A stretch of DNA of 64,000 bases, from NCBI GenBank assembly GCA_028718745.1, contig JAQULF010000003.1:160-64159 (forward strand), read 5' to 3'. This document shows positions 10,193 through 19,411 of this stretch, one piece after another (the first letter of the stretch is position 1; each line of letters opens with the position of its first letter). Source of the DNA: Patescibacteria group bacterium. Lineage in GTDB: Bacteria > Patescibacteriota > JACPGU01. The notes under the pieces were generated by a model. That model worked only from the letters and a program-made list of their open reading frames with translations. It made no database searches and was not told the origin of the DNA. The position numbers were made by a program, and so were the translations under genes.

Positions 10193-12790
10193 ATGTATAT
10201 TCCTTCAAAAAAATCCCGTCTTTTTAAACGAAGAAATAATATGGTTTCCGGAGAACACTATAGTTTTTCATCTTCGAGTAGTTCCGGTCCCTTGGGAAGA
10301 TATTCACCCGAAACCAGAAGGAAAATTTTAAAATATCTTCTCTATGGAGCGGGAATTTTTGTATTTCTTATCATTACCCTTTTTGTCTGGTACTCTCGCG
10401 ACCTGCCCAATCCGTATAAAATTAATGGCCGAGATATTGCTCAATCGACCCAGATTCTCGATCGCAACGGCAAACTACTCTACGACATTCATGGCGAAGA
10501 AAACCGAACTTTGATGAAAATCGACGATATTCCCGAGAATATAAAAAAGGCTACGGTCGCCATAGAGGATCAGGATTTTTACAAGCACATGGGGATTGAT
10601 CTGAAAGGTGTAGCCAGAGCTTTCTTTTACGACATCGTCCATCGCAACGCTACTCAAGGAGGATCCACGATTACCCAGCAATTTGTCAAAAATGCGCTTT
10701 TGACTTCAGACAAGAGTGTAGCTCGAAAAATCAAAGAGCTTATTTTGTCTATTGAAATTGAAAAAGTCTATTCCAAAAATGAAATTCTGGGAATGTATCT
10801 GAATGAAATTCCTTACGGTAATAATGCCTATGGAATCTATTCCGCTTCCAAAACCTATTTTGGCAAAGAACCAAAAGATCTGACATTAGCCGAATCGGCA
10901 CTTCTAGCTTCTGTTCCGCAAGCACCAACCTATTACAATCCTTACGGATCTAATACCGATGTTTTGATGGCCCGAAAAGATTATACACTGGATAAAATGG
11001 TTGAATTGGGATTGACCACCAAGGCGGATGCTGATGTTGCGAAGAAAGAAGAAATAAAATTTGTCCAGCAAGATCAAGGAATTTTGGCGCCTCATTTTGT
11101 TATGTATATCAAAGATCTGTTGGCGCAAAAATACGGCGAAGATCGGCTTCAGCAAGGCGGATTGATTGTAACCACTTCCCTTGATTTGGACAAGCAAAAG
11201 ATCGCTGAAGATGTCCTAACCAACAGCAAAGCAAATTTGAAAGCTAGCGGCGCTTCAAACGCGTCTCTGGTTTCAATGGATCCAAAAACCGGTGAGATAT
11301 TGGCAATGGTGGGAAGCGTTGATTATTTTGATACTGCTAATGATGGCAATGTTAATGTGTCCATTCGTCCTCGGCAACCGGGGTCGAGCCTAAAACCTTT
11401 TATTTATGGTTTGGCTTTTAATAATCTGGGCTATGCTCCTTCCACTATGATGATGGATGTACAAACCGATTTCGGCCAAGGCTACAAGCCGGGTAACTAT
11501 GATGGCCAATTCCGCGGCCCAGTTTCTATTCGAAAATCTCTCGGCAATTCATTGAATATTCCGGCTGTCGAAACATTAGCCATGGTGGGCGTAAAAAACG
11601 CCACTGACTTTGCTCAAAAAATGGGGTTGACTACTTTGACAGATCCGGATCGTTACGGATTGTCTCTGGTTCTTGGAGGCGGAGAAGTAAAACTTTTGGA
11701 AGAAGTAAATGCTTACTCTGTCCTTGCCAATGGTGGTATAAAACACGATATTCATTCAATTTTAAAAATTACCGATAGCTCCGGAAAAGTTTTGGAAGAA
11801 TACAAATCCAGTGAAGATAAGGGTACAAGAATTCTTGACGAAAATCCGAATTACTTGGTAACCAATATCTTATCCGATGATAATGCCCGTGCCGAAATAT
11901 TCGGTATGGGCGGAGTTCTGACGCTTCCGGGACGGCCTGTCGCCGCAAAAACCGGAACGACTGATGAATATCGCGATGCTTGGACATTTGGCTATACCCC
12001 ATCGGTTGTTACAGGGGTCTGGGCGGGAAACAATAATAATGCCGAAATGAATCATGGATCCGGCGCTATGGTAGCCGCTCCAATTTGGAATAGTTATATG
12101 AAACAAATTCTATCCGGAACACCGGTAGAACAATTTGCCGTTCCATCCGGAATAGTTCATGTTCCGGTGGATGCTTTGACCGGTATGCTGCCGCTTTCTA
12201 ATCTTTCTCCGGAGACAGCTCAAAAATTGCCTACCGCTGACGGAATTTTCTGGAGCAAATTCCAGCCTCAAGCGACAGATAGTGTTCACAAAGTAATAAA
12301 AGTCGTCAAGGGCGGTGATAAATTAGCCGATTCAGATTGCCCGGACAGCATGACTGAAGAAAAAGTATTTTTGGAATTTCATTCAATTAACCCTTCCAAT
12401 CCGAATTGGGAAAATGCGGTTGTGGCTTGGGCCAAAGCAGCCGGGCATAACAATGTCCCAACCGAAAAAGAAAGCTGTAAAGACGCGGTCAAAGAAAATC
12501 AGCCGACAATTACTATCAACTCCCCTCTTGCCAATGCCGATATCAGCGGAAAATTAACCATCATCATCTCCTATATCGCAAAAAAAGATGTTGATAAAAT
12601 CGAGTATTATATTGATGATGAAAAAATCGCCGAGAAAAAATCCGGCGATCCTACCAATGCCGGAAATAATTTCAATCTTGAAGACTTTGCTCTGCCGGCA
12701 ACTCTTTCCGGAAAAGCTAATATCAAAGTAGTTTTGACCGATAAGCTCGGTTTGAAAGCGACCGATGAGGTCTCGGTGAATATCAAGTAG
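10193..12790 (+). CDS. Class A penicillin-binding protein (transglycosylase/transpeptidase) with C-terminal Ig-like domain
   Basis: EDQDFYKH.G, GGSTITQQFVKN, RKIKE, SSLK (SxxK), SLN, KTGT. Confidence 0.95.
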   Translation: MYIPSKKSRLFKRRNNMVSGEHYSFSSSSSSGPLGRYSPETRRKILKYLLYGAGIFVFLIITLFVWYSRDLPNPYKINGRDIAQSTQILDRNGKLLYDIHGEENRTLMKIDDIPENIKKATVAIEDQDFYKHMGIDLKGVARAFFYDIVHRNATQGGSTITQQFVKNALLTSDKSVARKIKELILSIEIEKVYSKNEILGMYLNEIPYGNNAYGIYSASKTYFGKEPKDLTLAESALLASVPQAPTYYNPYGSNTDVLMARKDYTLDKMVELGLTTKADADVAKKEEIKFVQQDQGILAPHFVMYIKDLLAQKYGEDRLQQGGLIVTTSLDLDKQKIAEDVLTNSKANLKASGASNASLVSMDPKTGEILAMVGSVDYFDTANDGNVNVSIRPRQPGSSLKPFIYGLAFNNLGYAPSTMMMDVQTDFGQGYKPGNYDGQFRGPVSIRKSLGNSLNIPAVETLAMVGVKNATDFAQKMGLTTLTDPDRYGLSLVLGGGEVKLLEEVNAYSVLANGGIKHDIHSILKITDSSGKVLEEYKSSEDKGTRILDENPNYLVTNILSDDNARAEIFGMGGVLTLPGRPVAAKTGTTDEYRDAWTFGYTPSVVTGVWAGNNNNAEMNHGSGAMVAAPIWNSYMKQILSGTPVEQFAVPSGIVHVPVDALTGMLPLSNLSPETAQKLPTADGIFWSKFQPQATDSVHKVIKVVKGGDKLADSDCPDSMTEEKVFLEFHSINPSNPNWENAVVAWAKAAGHNNVPTEKESCKDAVKENQPTITINSPLANADISGKLTIIISYIAKKDVDKIEYYIDDEKIAEKKSGDPTNAGNNFNLEDFALPATLSGKANIKVVLTDKLGLKATDEVSVNIK

Positions 12791-12798
12791 AAAAATTC

Positions 12799-12826
12799 AA
12801 GGGGACTCCACAGGAGTCCCCTTTTT
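12799..12826. terminator. Intrinsic, probably bidirectional terminator
   Basis: AAGGGGACTCC-aca-GGAGTCCCCTT followed by a T run, between convergent genes. Confidence 0.85.
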
Positions 12827-12858
12827 GTTATATTTTCAAGAGGTGAAGTGATAAAGAT

Positions 12859-13716
12859 TCACTTCTTTTTTTTGGTTGTGGCGGTTTTGACGGGAATCTT
12901 CACTTTAACCATAGCCAGAGTGTTGGACCATTCCTGACCGCTCATCGTTCCCATCATGTGCGGCCGTCCATTGGCATTGAGTTTGGGCGAGTTTTTGTCT
13001 GGCACATCTTCGCCATTAATATCATACCTCATGGTACCGCGAAGATATGTGCCCCCTTTTTGAACATCCACAACAGTGAGTTGTGCAATCCGCCCAAAAT
13101 GTCCCAACCTCTCACTTCCCAACCGTTTTATTCCCTTACTGCAATCGCACCGGTTCCCAGCCTTATCGACAGGCCACGATGCCATACTAGCAATACGGAT
13201 ATCACAGGCGATGAACTTGTCGCCGACTTTTACATCGACATCCGGCGGGTAAAGTTTGCAGAGCGGTGCCTCCGTGTTGGCATAAACGCAGAAAAAAATA
13301 TCCGGCGATGTTTCCATTACATAGTAATAAGGTAGATGCCGCATTCCGTTCGGAGATGGAAGCCGCGGATTATCTATGCGGCTGTAAATCGTAACGCTCT
13401 CATTTTCTCCTCCCCAGGTCTTCTGGAAATCCGCCACGATGCCGCCCCTTTTCATAAAAACGAAGGGTGCTTGGCAAACGGTTCCTTCTTTGTGTTCGTA
13501 GTATTGCGAGTATTCGCACAACACCGGCCGCTCAAATTCCTCAAAAAGCGACGGGTATTCCGGTGAGACAGCGACCATCTCCCCATTCACTTCTTCGAAG
13601 TTAAGCTGGCCGATAGCGACCGGCGGATGAAGCGTTTTGGCGGTCGAGACCGCCGGGATTGCAAACAGAGCCGACAGCACTGCCACAACGATCAAGCTGA
13701 TCTTTGCGTTTTTCAT
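12859..13716 (-). CDS. Secreted hypothetical protein
   Basis: Start re-placed at MKNAKISLIVVAVLSALFAIPAVSTA (signal peptide) with upstream GGAAGAGG RBS; GC-richer than host genes. Confidence 0.65.
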   Translation of the reverse strand: MKNAKISLIVVAVLSALFAIPAVSTAKTLHPPVAIGQLNFEEVNGEMVAVSPEYPSLFEEFERPVLCEYSQYYEHKEGTVCQAPFVFMKRGGIVADFQKTWGGENESVTIYSRIDNPRLPSPNGMRHLPYYYVMETSPDIFFCVYANTEAPLCKLYPPDVDVKVGDKFIACDIRIASMASWPVDKAGNRCDCSKGIKRLGSERLGHFGRIAQLTVVDVQKGGTYLRGTMRYDINGEDVPDKNSPKLNANGRPHMMGTMSGQEWSNTLAMVKVKIPVKTATTKKKK

Positions 13717-13932
13717 GAGTTGACCTCTTCCTCCGGGCTCGCCGGATATTTTGTTTTGATTGGTAAGATGCTTTATCTCACGGGCGTATTGCCATACGCC
13801 CCTACAAAGTATATTTTGGCTTATTATACAAGGTTTTTTGAAAGAATGCAAGAGAGAAATCAAATAGTTATATACTAAGAAAAAAATTATAAAAACCTTA
13901 CTAAGAGTTTTTATTTATAAAAAACACCTCTA

Positions 13933-13960
13933 TTGACACAATTTTTAAAAAGAGTACTAT
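13933..13960 (+). promoter_or_regulatory. Sigma70-type promoter for the rSAM cassette
   Basis: TTGACA-N16-TACTAT, followed by a short GTGCC..GGCAC hairpin and a GGGAGG RBS before ATG 14024. Confidence 0.6.
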
Positions 13961-14023
13961 TTAATCAGTGCCATTTATTAGATGGTCGGCACATTTAAAA
14001 TCTAAACGCGAGGGAGGCCTGCG

Positions 14024-15427
14024 ATGATATTCAACTCTAGTGTTGCCTACATGAAATCGCCATTCATGCAGGTCGTCCGAGACGGAGACTTCGCTATAAT
14101 CTGGCACTCGTTGTTTGGCTATCCGCGAATTGTTCCTATCGAGACGCTCAAGTTTCTTGAATCGTTGTCGGAACCGACAATGATTCAGTCACAGCTCGGT
14201 AATGAACTAGATAAGGAAAGCCGAGAAACAATCGAGGAATTCGCGCACTGTTATTTCCTCATTCCAAAAGGTTTTAACGATCGAGCTTTCCTCGAAGAAA
14301 AGATGAGGGAAAGAGAAAAAGAAATTAGCAGTGGTTCACTGATTGACCATCTCGAGCTTATCATGAGCGAGGTGTGCAATTTTCGTTGTACCTACTGCAT
14401 CCATTTCAATAATCTGGAAACCTCCGACCGCATCAATAATCCCGAGAAATTCATGCGGTTTGAGATGGCCAAGGAGGCTGTAGATCAGTACTTCGAAATT
14501 CTCCGTGAACATGGAAAGCATACCATCGAAATCAATTTTGGCGGAGGCGAACCGCTGATGGCATGGTCGGTTATCAAGCAAGTGCTTGAATACTGCCGCG
14601 CCACCTATGGTTCGGAGTTCGAATTGCAATTCTCGATCAACACAAATGCTTCCTTTATCACGCAGGAGATCGCTGAAACTCTGAAGAAATATCGGGTTGG
14701 AATCGCTTCCAGCCTCGATGGCTTGCAGGAAGAAAATGACCGCGTTCGGCTAACAAAGTCCGGTGGCGGAACATTTTCCCAAATCCTGCTGGGATTCGAT
14801 AAGCTAGTGCAAGTGGAATACCCACTTGAAGGAATTGCCGTAACAGTAACCGAGAAGAATTTCCGCGGACTGAACGAGTCGATTGTTGACTGGGTGATAG
14901 CTCGCGGAATGAAAGACATTAGGATTGATATCGATGTTCTCGATATGGTAGAAATACCAGTTGAGGATATCGTCGCGAAACTAATGCGCATTCGGAGCTA
15001 TGCGATGAAACAAGGCATCGATGCTCCCGGTTTCTGGTCGCGGCCAGCCGAGAATCTCAATGAGTCAACGCTCGAAAGCCGCGTCGCGTTCTGCGGCGGG
15101 GTTCGCGGCAACAGCATCTGCATAGATCCATCCGGAGATATTTACGGATGCGGCTACAGCACAACTCTACTCGGGAATCTCTCGGAAATTCGATCGCTTC
15201 ATGCGCCCAACTCTGCCTACTATCGCTTCGTGAAAAGCCGTCTTACTGGAGCGATGGAGATGTGCAAGGGATGTATGATCGAGGGGCAATGCGGCGGCGG
15301 CTGCAATATCACGCAGGAATTCGTTCGAGCCACTAAAACTGCTAAAATCGAGCGGATGTGCGACCTTTACCGCCGAATGACTCAAGAAATTCTCCGAGAA
15401 CAACTGCGAGAAGCAACGGCATCATAG
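14024..15427 (+). CDS. Radical SAM/SPASM peptide maturase
   Basis: CNFRCTYC (CxxxCxxC), FGGGEP, SLDG; SPASM cysteines FCGG..IYGC..CKGC...CGGGC..MC; ~100-aa N-terminal extension (RRE-like). Confidence 0.92.
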   Translation: MIFNSSVAYMKSPFMQVVRDGDFAIIWHSLFGYPRIVPIETLKFLESLSEPTMIQSQLGNELDKESRETIEEFAHCYFLIPKGFNDRAFLEEKMREREKEISSGSLIDHLELIMSEVCNFRCTYCIHFNNLETSDRINNPEKFMRFEMAKEAVDQYFEILREHGKHTIEINFGGGEPLMAWSVIKQVLEYCRATYGSEFELQFSINTNASFITQEIAETLKKYRVGIASSLDGLQEENDRVRLTKSGGGTFSQILLGFDKLVQVEYPLEGIAVTVTEKNFRGLNESIVDWVIARGMKDIRIDIDVLDMVEIPVEDIVAKLMRIRSYAMKQGIDAPGFWSRPAENLNESTLESRVAFCGGVRGNSICIDPSGDIYGCGYSTTLLGNLSEIRSLHAPNSAYYRFVKSRLTGAMEMCKGCMIEGQCGGGCNITQEFVRATKTAKIERMCDLYRRMTQEILREQLREATAS

Positions 15428-15469
15428 CCAAAAATTTCCCAGGCCACAACCAGGGGGAGGTGAAAGCTA

Positions 15470-15562
15470 ATGAAAACAAAGGGACGGCCGACCCTCCAAG
15501 TCAGGAGGCTGCCGAGTCTGAAGGTGTGCAACACCTGCCGACAACAAAGCAACTGCCACTGA
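15470..15562 (+). CDS. 30-aa Cys-containing candidate RiPP precursor MKTKGRPTLQVRRLPSLKVCNTCRQQSNCH
   Basis: Hand-translated; strong GGGGAGGTGA RBS just upstream of the ATG; 42 nt after the rSAM stop; followed by a terminator. Confidence 0.8.
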   Translation: MKTKGRPTLQVRRLPSLKVCNTCRQQSNCH

Positions 15563-15597
15563 TCGTGGTGGCGAACAACGATTTACCGGTCTGTACG

Positions 15598-15642
15598 GGA
15601 CTAAGGGAAAATGCTATACTCCCCTTAGTCCTGTTTTTATTT
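15598..15642 (+). terminator. Intrinsic terminator closing the rSAM-peptide cassette
   Basis: GGACTAAGGG...CCCTTAGTCC stem then TGTTTTTATTT. Confidence 0.75.
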
Positions 15643-15656
15643 ACTATATTAAACTT

Positions 15657-16172
15657 ATGCCAAAGCTTTCTTTAAGAAAAACTACAAATTTTGACAAAAA
15701 ATACTTTGCCAAATGGTGGAGAGATGAAGATCTGATTAAATTAACCAGTGGCGTTTTGGAACCCATTTCTGAAAAAGAAATAGAAAAATATTTGTCCGCA
15801 ATGGTGAAAAGCCGAACTGACTATCATTTTATGATTGTTTTTGATAAAAAAGTCATTGGCCATATTGCTTTGGCCAAAAGAAGAAGTGGTTGGTATGAAA
15901 CACAAATCGTAATTGGCGAAAAAGCATATTGGGGAAAGGGACATGGCGCAAAAGCGGTTCAATCACTGCTTAAAAAGGCTAAACGATTGAGTATCTCAAA
16001 AATCTATTTGGAAGTTAGACCGGACAATCTTAGAGCGATTCGCGCTTATGAAAAATGCGGTTTCAAAAAAATAAAAACGATGTACTATCCAAAAAATAAG
16101 TATCTGCCAAAAACATTGAGAATGGAATTGAAATCGGAGCTCTTGACCCCCTCTCCCAAAGTGCTAGAATGA
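15657..16172 (+). CDS. GNAT-family (RimJ/RimL-like) acetyltransferase
   Basis: IVIGEKAYWGKGHG, LEV..DNLRAIRAYEKCGF. Confidence 0.9.
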   Translation: MPKLSLRKTTNFDKKYFAKWWRDEDLIKLTSGVLEPISEKEIEKYLSAMVKSRTDYHFMIVFDKKVIGHIALAKRRSGWYETQIVIGEKAYWGKGHGAKAVQSLLKKAKRLSISKIYLEVRPDNLRAIRAYEKCGFKKIKTMYYPKNKYLPKTLRMELKSELLTPSPKVLE

Positions 16173-17137
16173 AAACAAATAAGAACTTTCGAGTTTTAAA
16201 TAATTTTTTTATGCGAAACAAAAATAAAAACCAATCCGGAATCGCTCTCATCACCACGATAATTTTGACTTCGATAATGTTATCTTCGATGGTTTTGATT
16301 ACCAAAGAAATGACTGATGAAGCCAGGAATTCCATTCGCATCGATAACTCCATGATCGCCTACTACGCCGCCGAAGCGGGGGTGGAAGATGCGCTGCTGG
16401 AATTTCGGTACGATCATAGCGCGGAGATATCAAAGGAAAACGATGCCAACCCAGCCATTGTTGATGTTGCCTGCACGCCGCCGGATAATTTCAACTGCAC
16501 CCCCAGAACCGTAAATCTTAGCACCAATGCACGAGATTATAATGCGAAATCTTTTAATACATCCTACTATGATGTTCTTATGTGGAACAGGGTCAAAAGC
16601 ATTTTGAACCAAAAAATTTTGCGTGACGATACGGCAGAGTTTGTGGTGCCAAATATGGTAGATAATGTTATTTTAGATTGGAGTTGGGATTCGGAAATAG
16701 ATACTCAAAACAGTGGTTTTAGGGTAGAAATAACTGTATATAATGAGGATGGAAGTATGGTACCTATAGAAAAGGATGGGAAAAAATTTACTGATCCAAG
16801 CACAAAATCGATAAAACTATATAGTTCACTTTTGGGTTCTGGTAAAAAAATAATTAGAATAAAGCCGGCTTATGTAGATAAAGGAAGTTATGACCCAATC
16901 ACAGAATCTTATTCGGAAGGAAAATCTCTTCCAAGTGGGATCACACCTTCTATAAATTTAAACATAAACCAGACACCTAATTCAAATTTTATAGCCGGCA
17001 CAATCACAAAAATTGAATCGGTTGGATATTATGGTGGGGTGGCTAGAAAAATCAGCGCTACAGTAGATCGCCCATCAGGAAATATCTTAAATATCTTTGA
17101 TTATGTTATTTATAGTGGAGGTGACCTAATAAAATAG
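16169..17137 (+). CDS. PilX-like type IV minor pilin / pilus assembly protein (start may be 16211)
   Basis: NQSGIALITTIIL prepilin-like leader and AYYAAEAGVEDAL PilX N-terminal motif. Confidence 0.75.
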   Translation: MKTNKNFRVLNNFFMRNKNKNQSGIALITTIILTSIMLSSMVLITKEMTDEARNSIRIDNSMIAYYAAEAGVEDALLEFRYDHSAEISKENDANPAIVDVACTPPDNFNCTPRTVNLSTNARDYNAKSFNTSYYDVLMWNRVKSILNQKILRDDTAEFVVPNMVDNVILDWSWDSEIDTQNSGFRVEITVYNEDGSMVPIEKDGKKFTDPSTKSIKLYSSLLGSGKKIIRIKPAYVDKGSYDPITESYSEGKSLPSGITPSINLNINQTPNSNFIAGTITKIESVGYYGGVARKISATVDRPSGNILNIFDYVIYSGGDLIK

Positions 17138-17149
17138 ATTAAGAAATTC

Positions 17150-17179
17150 AAGAGCCCCCGGGTTCCGGGGGCTCTCTTT
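17150..17179. terminator. Intrinsic terminator between convergent genes
   Basis: AGAGCCCCCGG-gtt-CCGGGGGCTCT-CTTT. Confidence 0.85.
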
Positions 17180-17200
17180 ATGTGGAAGGTTTTTAACCTG

Positions 17201-19222
17201 TTAGTAGGTGAATTTCTGGACATTGTTCTTTGCGGTAGAACCATCGCTAACATAAACAATGCCACCAGAAGTTATTGTGATGCCAACCGCAGCCAGAAAT
17301 TGGCCATCAGCCGATCCGAGAGATCCGATGGAATACAGAAATGTTCCAGTATTTGTAAAAACCTGAACTCGGTTGTTCCCGAAATCCATCACATATATAT
17401 GGTTTGAAGAATCAGAACCCATATATGACGGAAGACTGAAACAACCATTACCGGAACCACTGCATCCCCATTTCGCCACAAAAGCACCATCAGAGGTAAA
17501 CTTCTGTATGCGATTTCCACCGCTTTCCGATACATAGATGTTATTTTGACTATCAACAGTTATTCCCCATGGCTTGTTAAACTGGCCGTCGCCAGTTCCT
17601 TTTGAGCCCCATTTTAGTAGGAAGTTCCCATTGATGTCAAATTTTTCTATGCGGTGATTTACTGTATTGCCAACTGTGGATGTATCATCAACCACATAGA
17701 TATTGTTCAGCAAATCGAAGGCACATCCCTTCGGCTCATTAAACTGACCATCCCCCATGCCAATGCCCCCGAACCGCCGTAGAAAGACATGAGATGAGTC
17801 GAGCAAGATTACTCCTTCTTCTACAATTGCGATTGTGCCGTCCACCTTGCTGACGCAGACCGCCTCGGGAACGCTCAAATTCGTGGTTCCCAAAATTGCC
17901 GGTCCGATGTAGGCGATGTGAGCACCGTTGGCATCGGTCACATCCACGCGGTTATTGTTCTGATCAACCACATAGACATTGCCCGAATTATCAACAGCCA
18001 GACCGCGCGGATTGTTGTATTGCCCGTTTCCCGATCCGGTTGTCCCCCACTTGCTCACGAAATGCTGCTGCGGGATGGTTGTCGTGCACCCCGTAGTGTT
18101 GAAACTACACGCGGAGCACGAAAGCGTTCCGTCGGTAAATCCCCGACTAGCGCAGGTCGCGCCGTTCAGATTCGCGCCGTCACACTGCTCGGAACCATTG
18201 ATCACGCTGTCTCCACAGTAGGCGCCGATTACCGTGTGCGGTTGACAGGAAGTGTCACAGTAAAAACACTCCGTCCCGTATTCCGACACACAGGCTGTGT
18301 TTGTATTATTCGCACCGTTGTCGCAAGTTTCGAGTCCATTGATGGTGCCGTCTCCGCAATAATTGCCGGAGGCAGTGTGAATGGACTGTTCGAGATTCGC
18401 GATCAGCGTGCTATTGTTTGACAGCGTCGTCATCGCCTCGGAAATCGAGGTCGCCGTTGACAAATCCAACGATGCCGCGGTCGCGTCAGTCTGAACTTGC
18501 GCCGTCATGGCCGCAATTTGTTCATCCGTATAGGATGTTGACAGAGGTTGCGCATTCGCGATGATTTCTTGCGTCACCAGTTCGCTGAATGGGTTTATAT
18601 CGACCACATTCCGCGTGATGCGCGTGCCTCGCGATTTGATCATGGCCCGCATTTTATTCGGGCCGCCACCGACCACGAAGACAAAGATGCTGTCCGGGTC
18701 GATGTTTGTTGGGATGTCTACGGAAAAGTTCCCGTTTTCATCCGTCCTTCCGTGGGCAACCTCATTTCCCCTCTGTTCTCCTCTTTCATTAACCATGATT
18801 ATTGTAACGGTAACGCCGCTCTTCCCTCTCAAGCCGTTATTCGGTGTTGCTGCCAAGCGCCCCGAAACGCGTCCCAGCGAAACTCCTTCAGGTGCCAGGA
18901 CGAGCCCCGTAATTGTTGTTCCCTCCACGCAGTTGAGCGTGGGAATCATCCCGACGCTGTTTCGCGAAATCATGAGCAGATCATTCGAGAGAACTTTTCC
19001 GTCCGGCGCGTTGGGAGGAATAGCCACATCGGCGCGGCTTTTTTGCGCATCCGAAAGCGGCAAGACATCCAAACTGGCGCGAGCCGTCATAAGCACATCA
19101 TTGGAACGGATGTACCCATCCCCCGAAACATCCCCGCATAAAGCCGAAGCTGCCCGAGGATTAGCGGCCAGAAGAATAGCCGCAGCAATCACAGTCAGTA
19201 ACCACTTTGTCCAGATTTTCAT
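17201..19222 (-). CDS. Secreted protein: N-terminal dockerin, Cys-rich CGDG repeats, C-terminal NHL beta-propeller
   Basis: GDVSGDGYIRSNDVL...ADV...DGKVLSNDLL duplicated dockerin motif; YCGDGTINGLETCD repeats; FNEPKG/FNKPWGI NHL repeats; start at MKIWTKW with GAGGTG RBS. Confidence 0.8.
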   Translation of the reverse strand: MKIWTKWLLTVIAAAILLAANPRAASALCGDVSGDGYIRSNDVLMTARASLDVLPLSDAQKSRADVAIPPNAPDGKVLSNDLLMISRNSVGMIPTLNCVEGTTITGLVLAPEGVSLGRVSGRLAATPNNGLRGKSGVTVTIIMVNERGEQRGNEVAHGRTDENGNFSVDIPTNIDPDSIFVFVVGGGPNKMRAMIKSRGTRITRNVVDINPFSELVTQEIIANAQPLSTSYTDEQIAAMTAQVQTDATAASLDLSTATSISEAMTTLSNNSTLIANLEQSIHTASGNYCGDGTINGLETCDNGANNTNTACVSEYGTECFYCDTSCQPHTVIGAYCGDSVINGSEQCDGANLNGATCASRGFTDGTLSCSACSFNTTGCTTTIPQQHFVSKWGTTGSGNGQYNNPRGLAVDNSGNVYVVDQNNNRVDVTDANGAHIAYIGPAILGTTNLSVPEAVCVSKVDGTIAIVEEGVILLDSSHVFLRRFGGIGMGDGQFNEPKGCAFDLLNNIYVVDDTSTVGNTVNHRIEKFDINGNFLLKWGSKGTGDGQFNKPWGITVDSQNNIYVSESGGNRIQKFTSDGAFVAKWGCSGSGNGCFSLPSYMGSDSSNHIYVMDFGNNRVQVFTNTGTFLYSIGSLGSADGQFLAAVGITITSGGIVYVSDGSTAKNNVQKFTY

Positions 19223-19411
19223 ATCCCGCACCTCTTTCTGTTTTTCGATTTTTGTTTATTTCAACCAAAGCCATTGGCTTGGTTTAACAATATGTGAGTT
19301 GTTAATGTGCCAAATCATACCCATTCGTGGTATCCGGATGATAATTATATTATTTGGGTCGTAATTAAAAAATAGCACTATTAAGCTAAAAAGTCAAGGG
19401 TTTTTGGGATA

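Noticed and set aside
15358-15675. 105-aa ORF in the track spanning the rSAM end and GNAT start
   Set aside because: Overlaps both neighbours and crosses a terminator; the RBS-supported ORF is the 30-aa peptide in another frame.
15657-16172. GNAT as a tailoring enzyme of the RiPP cassette
   Set aside because: It lies beyond the terminator, has host-like AT-rich composition and is coupled to the PilX-like gene; not excluded, but unsupported.
17896-19364. Long plus-strand ORFs (167-267 aa) opposite the dockerin/NHL gene
   Set aside because: Antisense shadows expected in GC-richer coding DNA; no recognisable motifs.
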